In this document: one piece after another, positions 12,809 through 25,118 of the stretch | Layout of the letters: each line of letters starts with the position of its first letter | Position numbering within the stretch: the first letter of the stretch is position 1 | Source: Felis catus | Taxonomy: Eukaryota | Direction: 5' to 3' | Assembly: GCF_018350175.1 (NCBI RefSeq) | Contig: NC_058383.1 | Span: 8,248,001-8,312,000, forward strand | Length of the DNA: 64,000 bases | Program-made: the position numbers and the translations under genes | The notes under the pieces: model-generated | The model's database searches: none | Told to the model about the DNA's origin: nothing | What the model saw: only the letters and a program-made list of their open reading frames with translations

Positions 12809-13934
12809 TGAGCCTTTCAACTCATGAACGAACCAGGCCCTGGATGGGGGCCGTCCCGGGGGGAGCCGGATCTCGGGCGAGGGCAGCTCTGGGCAGCTGA
12901 GGCAGGCTTGGGAGGGTCCGACCGCTGATAGCCCTTGGCTGAGGGGGATCTGGTGGCTCAGCCCCGGGTCCACTGCACATGGGCTGGTGCACAGGGGGGC
13001 AGGGCGTTCTCGACGTTCTTCTGCATTAAGACAGCCTGGGATTGCCCTTGCCTTTCGGAGGCTGTAGCACACCGCTGACTCACGCTGAACTCACTGTTGG
13101 CGAGACCCTCCGTGCCCCATCTGGGACTCGTCCGGTGGGTTTTGGGGCCTCAGTGCCGGACTCCACGTTCGCCCGGTCATGTTTCATCTTGTTAGATTTG
13201 GCTCCTTGCTCCAGGCTGGGGAGATGGAGCTTGGATCCCTCTTCCCTCCCAGGCCCCAGGCCCCTGTGTCGGCCAGCTCCCGGTCTTTTGCAGTTTCCTT
13301 CAGCAGCCCGCCGCCCCGAGCCCCGTCTGTTTGCACAGCCTGCTCCAGGCAGCGTGGCCCCGAGGGGAGAGACCGCAGTCGGCCAGGACCCAGGTGCTCT
13401 TTGAGTCGGTCTGGCAGGCTGGGCTTGAATCTTGGTTGCCTGTTGGCTTGTTGGGTGGCCTCGGATGCATACCCGCTCCCCCTGCCCCGTTTCCTTATCT
13501 GAAAAGTGGAGTCTGTAGCTGTCCGTGCTGCCCAGGGCTGAGTGAGAAAGAATGGGAGGTCTGACCCGCATCGGGGGCTGCAGTGAGGAGGGGGCAGGGA
13601 GCCAGGCGGCTCGAGGGCCACCCTATGAGCCCTGCTGTGGCCTGAACTGCCCGCAAGCATCGTCCCAGTGGTCTCACATGTGCCCCTCCACCTTCCCGGT
13701 TTGGGTGTGGGCTCCCGGAGGGACTTGGCTAATAAGCCCCTGCCGGGGGCTACTGAGTCCGATCCCCAGCCGTCTGCTGATCTCAAGGGCAAGGTGGATG
13801 CAGCCCGGAGTTGGGACTGAAGACCGAGCGCCAAGGCCTAAACTGACCACTTACTCAGCGTGTGACCTTGTGTCCCCTGGAGGCTCAGCCGCCTCCTCTG
13901 GTAAAGCTCCGACCTGACACTGGATGCAAAGGCT

Positions 13935-14798
13935 GTGTGTTAGTTTCCGAGGACCGGGCGGTCGGTGCCCTCATGCGGGCAGCTTGAGCTTCAGACATGA
14001 ATTTCCTCGCGGGGCTGGACGCCGGAAGTCCAAGACGGAGGTGTTGACAAGGGTGGTTTCCCCGGAGGCCCCTCTGCTTGGCTTGCGGATGACTGCCGTC
14101 TCCCCGGATCTTTGCGCCGTCTCCCCTCTGTTCGTGTTTGCATTCATATTGGCACATTTCCTCTTTTTATTTTTTTTATTTTTCAACGTTTTTTATTTAT
14201 TTTCTGGGACATAGAGGGACAGAGCATGAACGGGGGAGGGGCAGAGAGAGAGGGAGACACAGAATCGGAAACAGACTCCAGGCTCCGAGCCATCAGCCCA
14301 GAGCCCGACGCGGGGCTCGCACTCACGGACCGCGAGATCGTGACCTGGCTGAAGTCGGACGCTTAACCGACTGCGCCACCCAGGCGCCCCACATTTCCTC
14401 TTTTTAAAAGGACAACACTCATGCTGGGTTCGAACCCACCCAAATGACCCTAATGACTTCATCTAAGTCCCTCTTTAAAGACTCTATCTTGGGACACCTG
14501 AGTGGCTCCGTCGGTCAAGCATCTGACCCTTGATTTCGGCCCGGGTCATGATCTCACGGTTCAGGAGTTCGAGCCCCGCATGAGGATCACTGACAGCATG
14601 GAGCCTGGTTGGGATTCTCTCTCTCCCCGTTTCTTTCTGCCTCTCCTGCATACAAGCTTTCCTCAAATAAATAAACTTAAAAAAAACAAAAGACTCTATC
14701 TTCACATATCTTCAAACGCAGTCCCATCTTGAGTTACTGGGGGTTAGGGTTTCGACATATGAATTTGCGGGGAGGGGACACAGCTCAGCCCACAACAG
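13935..14798 (-). mobile_element. MaLR solo LTR (MLT1A/B-like) interrupted by two CAN-SINEs
   Basis: Starts tgtgttagtttcc…ggaagtccaagacggaggtg and ends acagctcagcccacaaca. Confidence 0.75.
14170..14390 (-). mobile_element. Young feline CAN-SINE (SINEC_Fc-type)
   Basis: CpG-rich near-consensus body. Perfect 16-bp TSD acatttcctcttttta at 14154-14169 and 14391-14406. Confidence 0.95.
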
Positions 14799-17700
14799 TA
14801 CCTGGAACTGCTTTGCCAACCGCAAAACAGGTCTTGGGGTCCCGGGCTGGACTCTGGCCGCAGGAGAGGGTCTCTGCGTGGTCAGGAGCCAGATGGGCTG
14901 TCTGTGCCACAGTTACTCTCTCTCTCCTGGAAGGGGGTGAGGACCTGGCTCCTCTGCCTGTATCTCTCTGGGGACCGGCCAGGGCCCCATGGGCTCCGCT
15001 TCAGGGGCGTGGCCAGAGTCATCCAGACTGCCCGTCCATCGGGCCGTTGCCTCCAGGCTGCCAACCTCCACCCTCATAGAGCTCCTTGTACCCAACTGGC
15101 AGGCAGAGCCCCTGGAACTGGCCTCTGGAGGTTGGGCAGGGTACGGCCAGGTGATTCGAATGATCAGGGCCAAGTGGAGGGGGGCCTGGAACTCAATACC
15201 CTTAACCTTGAGATGGGCGGTCGCAGGCGTGGGGGCAGACCTTGTGGGGCTCAGGGCCTAGAGCCTGAGAAGCGGTTTTTGGTAAGTGAGTGAATGTGGA
15301 TGAGAGAAGGTCCTGCTGGGACATAGGGCCTGGGGTCAGATCGGCACACCTTTACGAGGCCTGCCCTGAGCCCACTGTCCTTGGGAGCCTATAGTTTTCT
15401 AATACGATTAGGGCTGAATAAAGACTGGTCGAGTGGCAGTTGGCCAAACAGAAGAAGAGGAGATGGCGTGCCAGGGGGGACAGCGTGCCGGTGTGGGTGG
15501 CAACATGGAGTGTGCTGGGAGGTGGGACCAGGAAGATGGGTGGGAGCTTTGGGGGATGGGGAGCTGAGAGAGGGTTTGGAGAGGGGAGGTGACTACCGGG
15601 ACAGGACAGATTTGTGGTTTAGGGAGTGCCCTCTGGTGGCATGTAGAGGAGACTGCAGGGGACAGGGCTGGAGGCTGGGGGACCAGCAGGTACCCAGGCT
15701 GTCCAGGTGCAAGATCCAGACGGAGCAGGAGAGGGGTGTAGGAGGTGGGCTTGCCTGGCGTGCGGGCTAGTTAGCCATGGGAAGTGGGGGATGGAGAGGG
15801 TGGAGTCTGGGGCCACTGGCTGCTGGGGCTTCTGGGTAGAGGGGCCAGGAGTTTGGTGGTGTTCGTTTCCAAGATGCACTAAGTTGGGTCTGGATGGCGA
15901 TGTGCTCAGTGCTGGACCACTGAAGTGTCCCACGGGCTATGGTGATGCGTGACCACGGTCTAGACAAGTAGGGCCTATGTCAGGGTTCAAGGGGAATCAC
16001 TGAGGTGACTCAACATGAGGGCGGAGCAGAGCACGGGACGAGGGAAAGGGGGCAGACTGGGTGATCCTCCCGGGAGGGGAGGACGTGGTCAAAGCCCTGG
16101 GGCTTGGTTCAGGCTCAGAGCTTGGGGTCCTGCGGATGGAGTGAAAGTGTGAGTGAGATCAAGTCCCAAAGCAAAGCTCAGATGGGAGAAGTGGGGGGCT
16201 CGGGGTTCAGTGCTTGGGGTGGGACCAGGGCTGTGGGGAGGAGGGGCTGCTGTGTCGCCACCTCCCTGGGTGGCAGGCAGCGTCGGGGACCAGTTGGTTA
16301 GTTGCATTCAGAGGTGGGCATGGCTGGGGGCGTCCTGAAGGCCCCCCCGTTCCATTGTGCCCTGATTTCCTGAAGCCACTTAGCACTTGCTGTCCCAAAG
16401 GGCCCTAAATTAAGAGTTTTGGAGCTTGGCCAAGCCATGGAGCCAAACACTTAGCTCGGTGAAAACCGCCGTAGGAGCGGCCTCGGGGTCTCCTGGAGCA
16501 GGGCCAAGTCACTTGTTCCACCCTATCGGGGACTGAGCTTATCTCATAAGGAAAAGGAACCTGGAGGGGAGCCCTTCTGTCCCCAGGGCTGAGAATGAGT
16601 TTCCCCTCCTGGAGCCTGCATGAGAACCCAGCTGGAGAGGGAGAGATGAGACGTCGAAGAGACATTTGCTGCCCAAAGATAATGCCAGTCCCTCCTGTCC
16701 TGGTGAGGGCCGCTGAGGGCACCCTCGCTGCCCAGGCAGTTCAAGGACCAGCCCCACCGCTCCCCAATTCTGTGCTCTCAGGCCAGTCCTTCCAGGAGAG
16801 TCGTAAAAGGGACATACATGTCTCCTGCCAAGCCGGTCTCTGGGTGGAGTTAATTCTGTACTACGTACAGCTCTATTCACCCACCACCGTGCACCCTGTG
16901 CTCAGAGGGTGCCACCCAGACGTAGACTTAATGTTCAGGACATGGGGATCCTAAGACGGACCCCACACGGGAGCAGAGAGCCTGACACCAAGATTTCCTG
17001 CGATCGTGGTGCCTGGAGATGAACGGGGTTTTGAATTCCATCCGAAAAGGCCTGGATCCCTCTCTCCTGGTCTCTGCCTGCCTCCTTCGTTGTTTTTGGC
17101 CACGTTTTGATTTTGGGAAGCCATTTACAGCCCATTAAAAGATCAAATGTCTGGAGATGATGAATCGAGGCATTTGAAAATGTTTTGCAATTCACAGCTC
17201 ATTTCCCTATAGAAAACCCCGACCCGGTGTGATTCAGAGATGGCTGGACGGCCCGTCTGTTCCAGGCGCCGGGGACGGATCTCGGGACGGAGCACTGTCC
17301 TTGGGTTGGTTCATCCCGAAGAGAATCATGCTGGGTGCCTGGGTGGCACTGATGCTCCTTGGTAGAGCTGGAGGAAGAGCCCAGACCGCTGACGTCTCGC
17401 ACGATTTCCAGAGCGAGCTGGCAGAAGGAGTGGAGATTCGTACGGGGGAGGTGGGACCCTGCTGGTCCCCGGGGCTGGAAGGCTGGGTTCCCTTCCCAGC
17501 TCAGCATCAGGTTTGAGCTGTGGGCTGTGAGGTTTAACTGGCCACTACTTCTCCCATCTGCAAATTAGGAAGGTCAGTCCCTGGGCTCTCATGAACAACT
17601 TGGGGTTTCAGGAGCCAGCCATTCAGCGAGACTCTGGGTTAGGTAGGACCACATGATCTTCCCATCACTAACCTCAGTCTGCTCGTGTGGCCCTCACCAT

Positions 17701-17889
17701 AACCTTGAAAAGTGGAATTTTTTTTTAACTGAGGTTCAGAGAGGGGACGTCACTTGGCTCAAGTCACACAGCAAGTTGATGGCGGAACCATGTGTTGAAC
17801 TAGGTCTCCAGGTGCCTTTGGGGAGAGGGATGGACTTTTGATTATTTCTGTGGTCTTTTTGACTGTGCAAATATTGGAACTTTCCTAGA

Positions 17890-19110
17890 AAATTGTCAAG
17901 ATTTTGACTTTTTTCGATGCAAGGTCACACATAATATTTATGTATGATTTTAAATCTGTGGAATTCTTTTCTTGGTTTTGGGGTACCCGGGTACCCCAAA
18001 ACCACTCTGTTTCTTCATGAATCTGGTGCTGCTGCTAAGATCTAATTTCAGCTTATTGTAGATAGTCTGTGTTACTTTCCTTTCTCTAGCGTTTGGTATT
18101 TTGTCTGCATCCTGAGATTTCTGATGTTTCATCACAATATGTCTGTCTGCGTTCATCTTGCTTAGCCCCCCAGTGGGCTCTTTCTGTCAAGAGCTCATGT
18201 CTTCGTCGAACTCTCTTTTCTCTTTCTTCATGTGTGTATTCCCTTTGCTGTCTCCAGTCTCCCATTCCAGAGCTACTAATCGACATAGGTTGGCACGTCG
18301 TCTGTATTCTGGGTCTTTCCCCTTTTCTCCCGCATTTTCCATCTCCTTTCCCCCCTGCGGTATATCCTTGGAAAGTTCATGGCTTGGATTTCCGGCTCAT
18401 CTGCTCTCTCTCTGGCTGTTTCCATGCTGGTTTTTCAGCCCATCTGTTGAGCTTTTGGTTTTTACCATCGTATATTTCATTTCCAAGCGGTCTCATTTTT
18501 TTCCCATTTCGTAATACCTTTTACAAGTGCACAATCCTCTTATCTCTTCGAGGACGTTAATTACGTTTTAAAAAATTGTCTTCATCTGTTTGCTTTAGGA
18601 GTTGTCTTTTCCTGAAGTGCGATTTATCGTCTGTTGAGCTGATGCCTTTCTTTCACGGTGCTGGCCTTTTTTTCTGGAATAATTTGAGAATCATGGTATT
18701 TGGGGGTTCCCACTGGTTTGTCTCTTTTGCTGTTTATTGCTTTGTTGCCTCTTGGAGGGCTGGTAGTAGGTGCAGGGTAGAGAAGGAATGTGCAAGAATG
18801 CAGTTGTATAAACTCAAGAGGGTCGCGGTTTCTCCCGGGGGGCATCAGCTTTTGAGGGACCCACTTCCAACCACACCTGTGTCCTGGCAGGTGAACCTAA
18901 TGCCTGATTCTCGACATCAGCAGGGGTAGGGATCAGGTCCTACCCATCTGACTCCTTGTACTGTAGTCCTCCGATAGTCACCTCTGGGTCCCTCCTCTAT
19001 CAGACTAGCCGCATCTGCTGCTCCTGAGTCCCTTTTCCTGTGTGTTTCTGGTTCCTCCTTCAACTTTGTTCTACTGACTTTTAGTTCCTCAAAATTTCTG
19101 GCTGAGTTTT
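17890..19110 (-). mobile_element. Degenerate old L1 (L1M) fragment
   Basis: T-rich strand. Minus-strand translation fragments (DRHIVMKHQKSQD…KIP…RERK) resemble L1 ORF1. Confidence 0.5.
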
Positions 19111-19129
19111 ATTTTTATTTATTTATATT

Positions 19130-19912
19130 TTCTGCTTTATTGAGTTATGATCGACAAATTTAAAAAAGCAGGTATCTCCCCCCCATGCTTCAACCCCCCA
19201 AAGGTATACAACATGATGACTTAATATACATATACATTGTAAAATGATTACTACAGATGATTAACATTCATCACCTCACATAGTTACCATCGTTTGTTTT
19301 GGTTTGTGGTGCGAACACTCAAGACCTACTCTCCTAGCAAATTTCAAGTACCCTAGTCAGTATAATTAACTATAATCACCATGTGCAGATTTAATCTGTA
19401 TATTAGGTCCCGGAACTTACTCATCTTATAACTGCCGGTTTGTGTTCTTTGATAACATCTCCCCATCTCCCCTCTCCTCCCGCCCTCCCCCAACTCCTGG
19501 CAACCCCTGTGCTACTCTGGTTTTTCTAGTCTCTGGTGCATGTGGTTTTGGATTCCACATGCAAATGAGATCACACAGCATTTGTCTTTCTGTGTCTGGC
19601 TTCTTAGCATACCATCCTCCAGGTTCATCCACGTTATCACAAATGGTAGGATTTCCTTCCTTTTTTTCCAATCTTTTTTTTTTTTTAAAGCTTATTTATT
19701 TATTTTGAGAGAAAGAGAGAGCAAGCAGGGGAGAGGTAGAGAGAGAGGGGAAGAGAGAATCATGAGTAGGCTGTGCACTGTCAGCACAGAGCCCAATGGG
19801 GGGCTCGAACCCACGAACTGTGAGATCATGACCTGAGCAGAAACCAAGAGTCAGATGCTTCACCGACTGAGCCACCCAGGGACCCCTTTTTTTATGGCTG
19901 AATAACATTCTG

Positions 19913-19945
<33 letters not shown>

Positions 19946-20480
19946 CTAAATTTTCTTTGTCCATTCATTCATGGATGGACACTTCGGTTTCCATCTTGGC
20001 TGTTGTGAATAATGCTGCAGGGAGCATGGAGTGCAGAGATCTCTTCCAGATACTGATATTCTTTCCTTTGGATATGTACCCAGAAGTGCAATTCCTGGAT
20101 CCTATGGTAGTTCCATTTTTAATTCCTTTCAAGAGCCTAGCAAAGTGGCTGCACCAATGTACATCACCATCAACAGCACACCAGGGTTGCCTTTTCTCCG
20201 AACCTTCACCAGCACTTGTTACCTTACTTCCCTTCGATAATAGCCATCCTAACGAGTGTGAGGTGACATCTCGTTCCGATTTGCGTTTTCTTGATGTTGA
20301 GTGATGTCGAGCGCCTTCTCATATACTTGGTGGCCGTCGGTATGTCTTTGGAAAAATTTCTCTTCAGGTCCTTCTGGCCATTAAACTCAGACTATTTGTT
20401 TTTTTGCTATTGAGTCTTTTGAGTTCCTTGTATGTTTTGGATATTGACCCCTTACAAGAGATACGGTCTACAAAAATCCC
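19130..20480 (-). mobile_element. L1MA9/L1_Carn-like 3' fragment with an inserted SINE (19675-19886) and (GT)n
   Basis: Typical L1 3' UTR and ORF2-end sequence (aaaatgattactac…, atatgtacccagaagtg…, atagccatcctaacgagtgtgagg). Confidence 0.85.
19915..19944. repeat. (GT)15 microsatellite
   Basis: Read directly from the sequence. Confidence 0.95.
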
Positions 20481-21107
20481 AAAGCTCCCGCAAAGGCATT
20501 TTTGTCCATGGCTGGCTGCCAAATTATTGTTACTGAGTCGGGGGGGGGGGGACGGTGGCGGGTTGTGTGTGTGTGAATGGGGGATCTCCTATCCACCGTC
20601 TTGCTGATGTCCCAACAGGGGCTTGTTTTTAGATTTCCAGTTTCTAGGATCTGGGGATGGAAGGGGGAGACGGGAGTATGTGCTTGTCTGCCATCTGGAT
20701 CCAATCTCCATATTGTTTGCGTATGTCCCTTCCTCCTCACTGCCACGCCCCAGCTCAGGCCTCTGTACCTCTTACACAGTGCACCAGAGGAAGTGCTCTA
20801 AACTCAGACCCGTGGGCATCCCTCTGGGGAGTCCTTCAGTGGCTCCCCGCTGACTTCATGATAAGACCCACATCTAGCCTGGCAGGCACCGTGCCTTTCT
20901 CCTGGCTCCTCCCCTTCCTCCAACCTTTGGTCCACCTGTAATTGCATTTGCTGTGGGCTGACTGTTACCTTTCGGTACTCAGGTGGTTGGCCTTTCTTAG
21001 GACTGGGGTCCGGTGCCCTACTGTGTTCCCATAGCTCCCTGTGCGTGTCCTTTCATTGTACTTATGGCCCGGGTTCCTGTGGATTTTAATCACTTCCTTT
21101 TCTTAAA

Positions 21108-21318
21108 GTTTTTAATGTTTATTTGAGAGAGACAGAGAGAGAGAGAGACAGAACGTGAGCAGGGGAGGGGTAGCGAGAGAGGGAGGCACAGAATCCGAAG
21201 CAGGCTCCAGGCTCCGAGCTGTCAGCACAGAGCCTGATGCGGGGCTCAAACCCAAGAACCGTGAGATCATGACCTGAGCCCAAGTCGGATGCTTAACGAC
21301 TGAGCCGCCCAGGCGCCT
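21108..21318 (-). mobile_element. CAN-SINE ~270 nt upstream of exon 2
   Basis: SINE motifs. taatcactt-type flanks on both sides. Confidence 0.92.
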
Positions 21319-21586
21319 CTTAATCACTTTCTTCTTATTCTTCCTCGCCAGAGTGGGATTTCTCTGTGGGCAGGGGTTGATTCTGAGCACTAGATGACAG
21401 GTATGATGCCAGGACTTGGTGGCCAAAGGGTATGGCTACTCTCCCTTCCCCTTGGACCTGGTCCCGGGGTCTCAGTGGGCCCCTTATCCCCCAGCCTCGT
21501 GGAGGGGCCCCTCCTCGGCCATCACGGCCTTTTGACCCGCAGTCAGCCCCTCAGTAATAACGTCACGACTGTCGCTTTCCCCACAG

Positions 21587-21709
21587 GCACTGGTGCCATC
21601 ACACGGTGACGCGGACGGTGTCCTGCCAGGTGCAGAATGGCTCCGAGACCGTGGTCCAGCGCGTGTACCAGAGCTGCCGGTGGCCCGGGCCCTGTGCCAA
21701 CCTTGTGAG
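21587..21709 (+). CDS. COL26A1: Internal coding exon (probably exon 2) of collagen type XXVI alpha 1 (EMID2), N-terminal part of the EMI domain
   Basis: Acceptor ttccccacag|G at 21586/21587 and donor AG|gtaaag at 21709/21710. Translates (R)HWCHHTVTRTVSCQVQNGSETVVQRVYQSCRWPGPCANLV(S), which I recognise as the mammalian COL26A1 EMI domain. 123 nt, phase 2 at both ends. Missed by the ORF track. Confidence 0.96.
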
Positions 21710-22056
21710 GTAAAGGCTGTGGGGCTGGCCACCTCTGCTCTTCCTTTCTGCTCCTTTGGATGAATCGGACCCCAACACAAGCTGCTGGGGAGGGGGGGTT
21801 GACGCTTGGAAACAAGAACTGAGCATGCATTTACGCAGCACCTTTTGTGGACAGACCACGGGGGGAGGGTATGTGCGGGCCAGATGAAAGAGACACGCTT
21901 CCTACCCTGAAAGACCTTCATAATCCAGGGGGCATTTGATGAGCAGAAGAGCACCATAGACAGCGAGTGGGCGGAGGGGACAGGGGGATGGAGAAGGGCC
22001 CGTGAGACCCCTCTCAGCCCCGCCCCTGACTGCCCCCGCTCTTCTCAGCTGTGCCA

Positions 22057-22176
22057 CTCATGGCCCCGCCCCTCATGGCCCCGCCCCTCATGACCCCGCC
22101 CCTCGTTGCCCCGCCCCTCACGGCCCCGCCCCTCACGGCCCCGCCCCTCACAGCTCCGCCCCTCACGGCCCCACCT
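22057..22176. repeat. 15-bp minisatellite, 8 units of consensus CTCA(C/T)GGCCCCGCCC
   Basis: Units start at 22057, 22072, 22087, 22102, 22117, 22132, 22147 and 22162. Confidence 0.95.
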
Positions 22177-22434
22177 CTCTTACAGCCCCCACCCACAGCC
22201 CTCAGGCAGCTCTCAGATTCATAGGAAGAGATCTGAATTCCTGGGGCCACATTCGAGGTCTCTGAGACCCCACCTCATCTGCCTCCTAGTCCTCTCCCCC
22301 TCCAGTCCCTTTTCTGGCTCCAGCTTCCTTTACTCTCCACTCCACACCTGTCCGGCCATGGGTTTGTGCCTCCAAGACCCTTTGCCCCTCTCTGCCTGGG
22401 ACCACCCTTCTCAAATTCCAAATCCCTGCCCAAA

Positions 22435-22703
22435 AGAACAAAAAACCAGAAACAGACTCATACATACAGAGGACAAACTAGTGGTTGCCAGAGTGGTCTG
22501 GGAAAAGTAAGTGCATGAGATTAAGAGTCACGGGGTGAAAAGCACAGCATCGGCGATATAGTCAGTAATACGGGAATAACTTGGTATGGTGACAGACGGT
22601 GAAGACACTTATCATAGCATTTTGTGATGTATATAATTGTCCAGCCACGATGTTGTGCACCTGAAACTAGCTATATGTCAACTACACTTCAATTAAAAAA
22701 AAA
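22435..22703 (+). mobile_element. L1 3' end fragment (L1MA9/L1_Carn-like) with poly-A
   Basis: aaacagactcatacatacagaggacaaactagtggttgccag … atgtcaactacacttcaattaaaaaaaa. Confidence 0.75.
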
Positions 22704-22710
22704 CACTTTT

Positions 22711-22975
22711 GGGGCGCCTGGGTGACTCAGTCAGTTAGGCGTCCACCTTCGGCTCAGGTCATGATCTAAGGTTTGTGGGTTCGAACCCCACATCTGCCAC
22801 ACACCGCAGACCCTGCTTGGGATTCTCTCCCTCTCTCTCTCTGCCCCTCCGCCCTCGTTTGAAAATAAATGAACTTAAAAAAAAAAAAACTTTCACGGCA
22901 ACCCCCATTCGTGCCCGACCAAATATCTGGGTATTCTGGTCTAGCCAGAGTGACACAGATTAACCATCCCAGGGT
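22711..22975. mobile_element. CAN-SINE (+, 22711-22889) followed by an MLT2-like LTR end (-, ~22890-22975)
   Basis: SINE head. ccaaatatctgggta…tgacacagattaaccatc matches the reverse complement of the MLT2 terminus. Confidence 0.65.
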
Positions 22976-23677
22976 CATCATAAATTGGGTGTGTTTTCAT
23001 CACCAAGGATGGATGAGCCCAGGGGTCGGGGCCCTTGCCTGCACAGTGGTGCCCCCTACAGGGCTCAGCGTGCAGCCAGTGCCCAGAATCAGCTTTGCAG
23101 CTGCTCTGCTGGGACCCACGAATGTGGCAGCGATTCTGGTCCTGGGCCACACAGGCTGCAGAGCTCGCCGGGGAGAGGGTGGCTTGTTTCTCTTCTAGAT
23201 TTTTCATTCTACCTTTCATTGTTATTGCTGTCATTGTTATTAGGAAGAACGTGATATATACTCACTGTCCAAAAAAAAAAAAATCCCAAATATTACAGAA
23301 ATTGAGCATTGTTCCTCTCGAATTACACCTACATGATCCCATTATTAGTATTAATGGTACGTCTCCTCTGTGCCTCCTCTATAACAGACTCTGCTCCTCT
23401 TACACACATATATGCATTTTCTTAAACAAAGACCAGATGGTGTTCTTTTGTCCTGCAACTTGCTTCCCCCCAGAACAATATTTTGCAATCACTTCCCGTA
23501 CAGCCACCTCCTTTTTAATGGCTGTTCAAAGCCCCTTCATTGCAGTGAAGCATCATCATTGATGCCCCTTGTCCTCAACGAATGGATATTTAAATTGGTT
23601 TCCTCGTTTTAACTGCTATAGACTGTACTTCAGTCAGCATCATGATATATATTTAACACTTCTACGTGTTTAAAAAA

Positions 23678-23728
23678 TTTTTTTTAAGTTTATTTATTTT
23701 GAGAGAGAAAGAGCATGAGTGGGGGAGG

Positions 23729-23772
<44 letters not shown>

Positions 23773-25118
23773 CCCAAGCAGGCTCCTCACTGTCAGCACA
23801 GAGCCCAACTCGGGGCTCGAGTTCACGAAACTGTGAGATTATGAGCTGAGCCAAAATCGAGAGTCGGACACTTTTACACGTTTTTTTTTTAATTTTTTTA
23901 ATGTTTATTTAATTTTAGAGAGAGAGAGAGAGAGAGAGAGACAGAGTGTGAGCAAGGGAGGGGCAGAGAGAGGGGGAGACACAGAATCCGAAGCAGACTG
24001 CAGGCTCTGAGCTGTCAGCACAGAGCCCGACACGAGGCTTGAACTCACAAACCGTGAGATCATGACCTGAGCTGAAGTCGGACGCTTAACCGACTGAGCC
24101 ACCCAGGAGCCCCTATTTTCATAATTAAAAAATTTTTTCATAATGTTTTAACAGTAGAGGTTCTTAGCTTGGGGTCCACATTATACACGAGTATGTTTGC
24201 AATTATTCCTTCTATAAAGGGAATGGCTAACTAAATGGAGACATCCATTTTATTTTATTTTTATTTTTTATTTTGGGGGGGCAGAAGGGAGGAGGGAGGG
24301 GGAGAATCTTAAGCAGGCTCCACACTCAGCGTGGAGCTGGACGTGGGGCTCGATCCCATGATCCTGGGATCATGATCTGAGTCGAAATCAAGAGTCGGAC
24401 GCTCAACCAGCTGAGCCACCCAGGCACCCAGATATGTCCATTTTAAATTTTAAGAGAAAGGTCTGCTTTTAACTGCTGTGCTGGAGGGATGGCCAGTGGA
24501 TCCGTAAATGAAGAAAAAGATGCTGACCCCCCCTACCTTTTCAGCAGAAGGCACAGAGGCCCCCCCGCCCTTTCCTTAACTCCCCTGGGCCCCCAGGAGC
24601 TGAATTCCTGGGTCTTCCCTGCCTTTGTCATTAGCAGGAAGCCTCAGATGACCAGGTTACCACCTCTGGATCTTAGGAGCATCTTCTGAGAGAAGGGTCT
24701 TTGGAGTCTGGTCTGTAAGTGACCCCCAACAGGGTGGACTTCGGCTCTCAGCTCAGTGTGAGGAATGGGTGCCCCGCTCTTCCAATAGGGAGGCCGGCCC
24801 CTGAGAAGCAAGGCTACACCCGCCTCAGTTCGAATGCCTGCATCTTGCTTTTTGTAGAGGGGAGCCAAGCTTGGGAACAGCTCCCTCCAAGAGATGGAAT
24901 TTGGGACACTTGGGTGGTTCAGTCGGTTAAGCGTCCAACTCGGGCCCAGGTCATGATCTCATGGTTCATGGGTTTGAGCCCCACATCGGCCTCTGTGCCG
25001 ACAGCTCAGAGCCTGGAGCCTGTTTCAGATTCTGTGTCTCCCTCTCTCTCTGCCCCTCCCCTGCTTGTGCTCCGTCTCTGTCTCCTAAAAATAAATAAAC
25101 ATTAAAAATAATTTAAAA
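23678..25118. mobile_element. Four CAN-SINEs (-23678-23872, -23881-24113, -24247-24430, +24903-25118)
   Basis: SINE motifs. Expanded (GA)n at ~23733-23769. Confidence 0.9.

Noticed and set aside
22057..22176. CRISPR-like array
   Set aside because: The units abut with no unique spacers, the context is eukaryotic, and there are no cas genes.
22002..22265. ORF with HGPAP pentapeptide repeats (and GGAVR repeats on the minus strand), superficially collagen-like
   Set aside because: It is the translation of the 15-bp minisatellite. It is not Gly-X-Y and has no convincing splice context.
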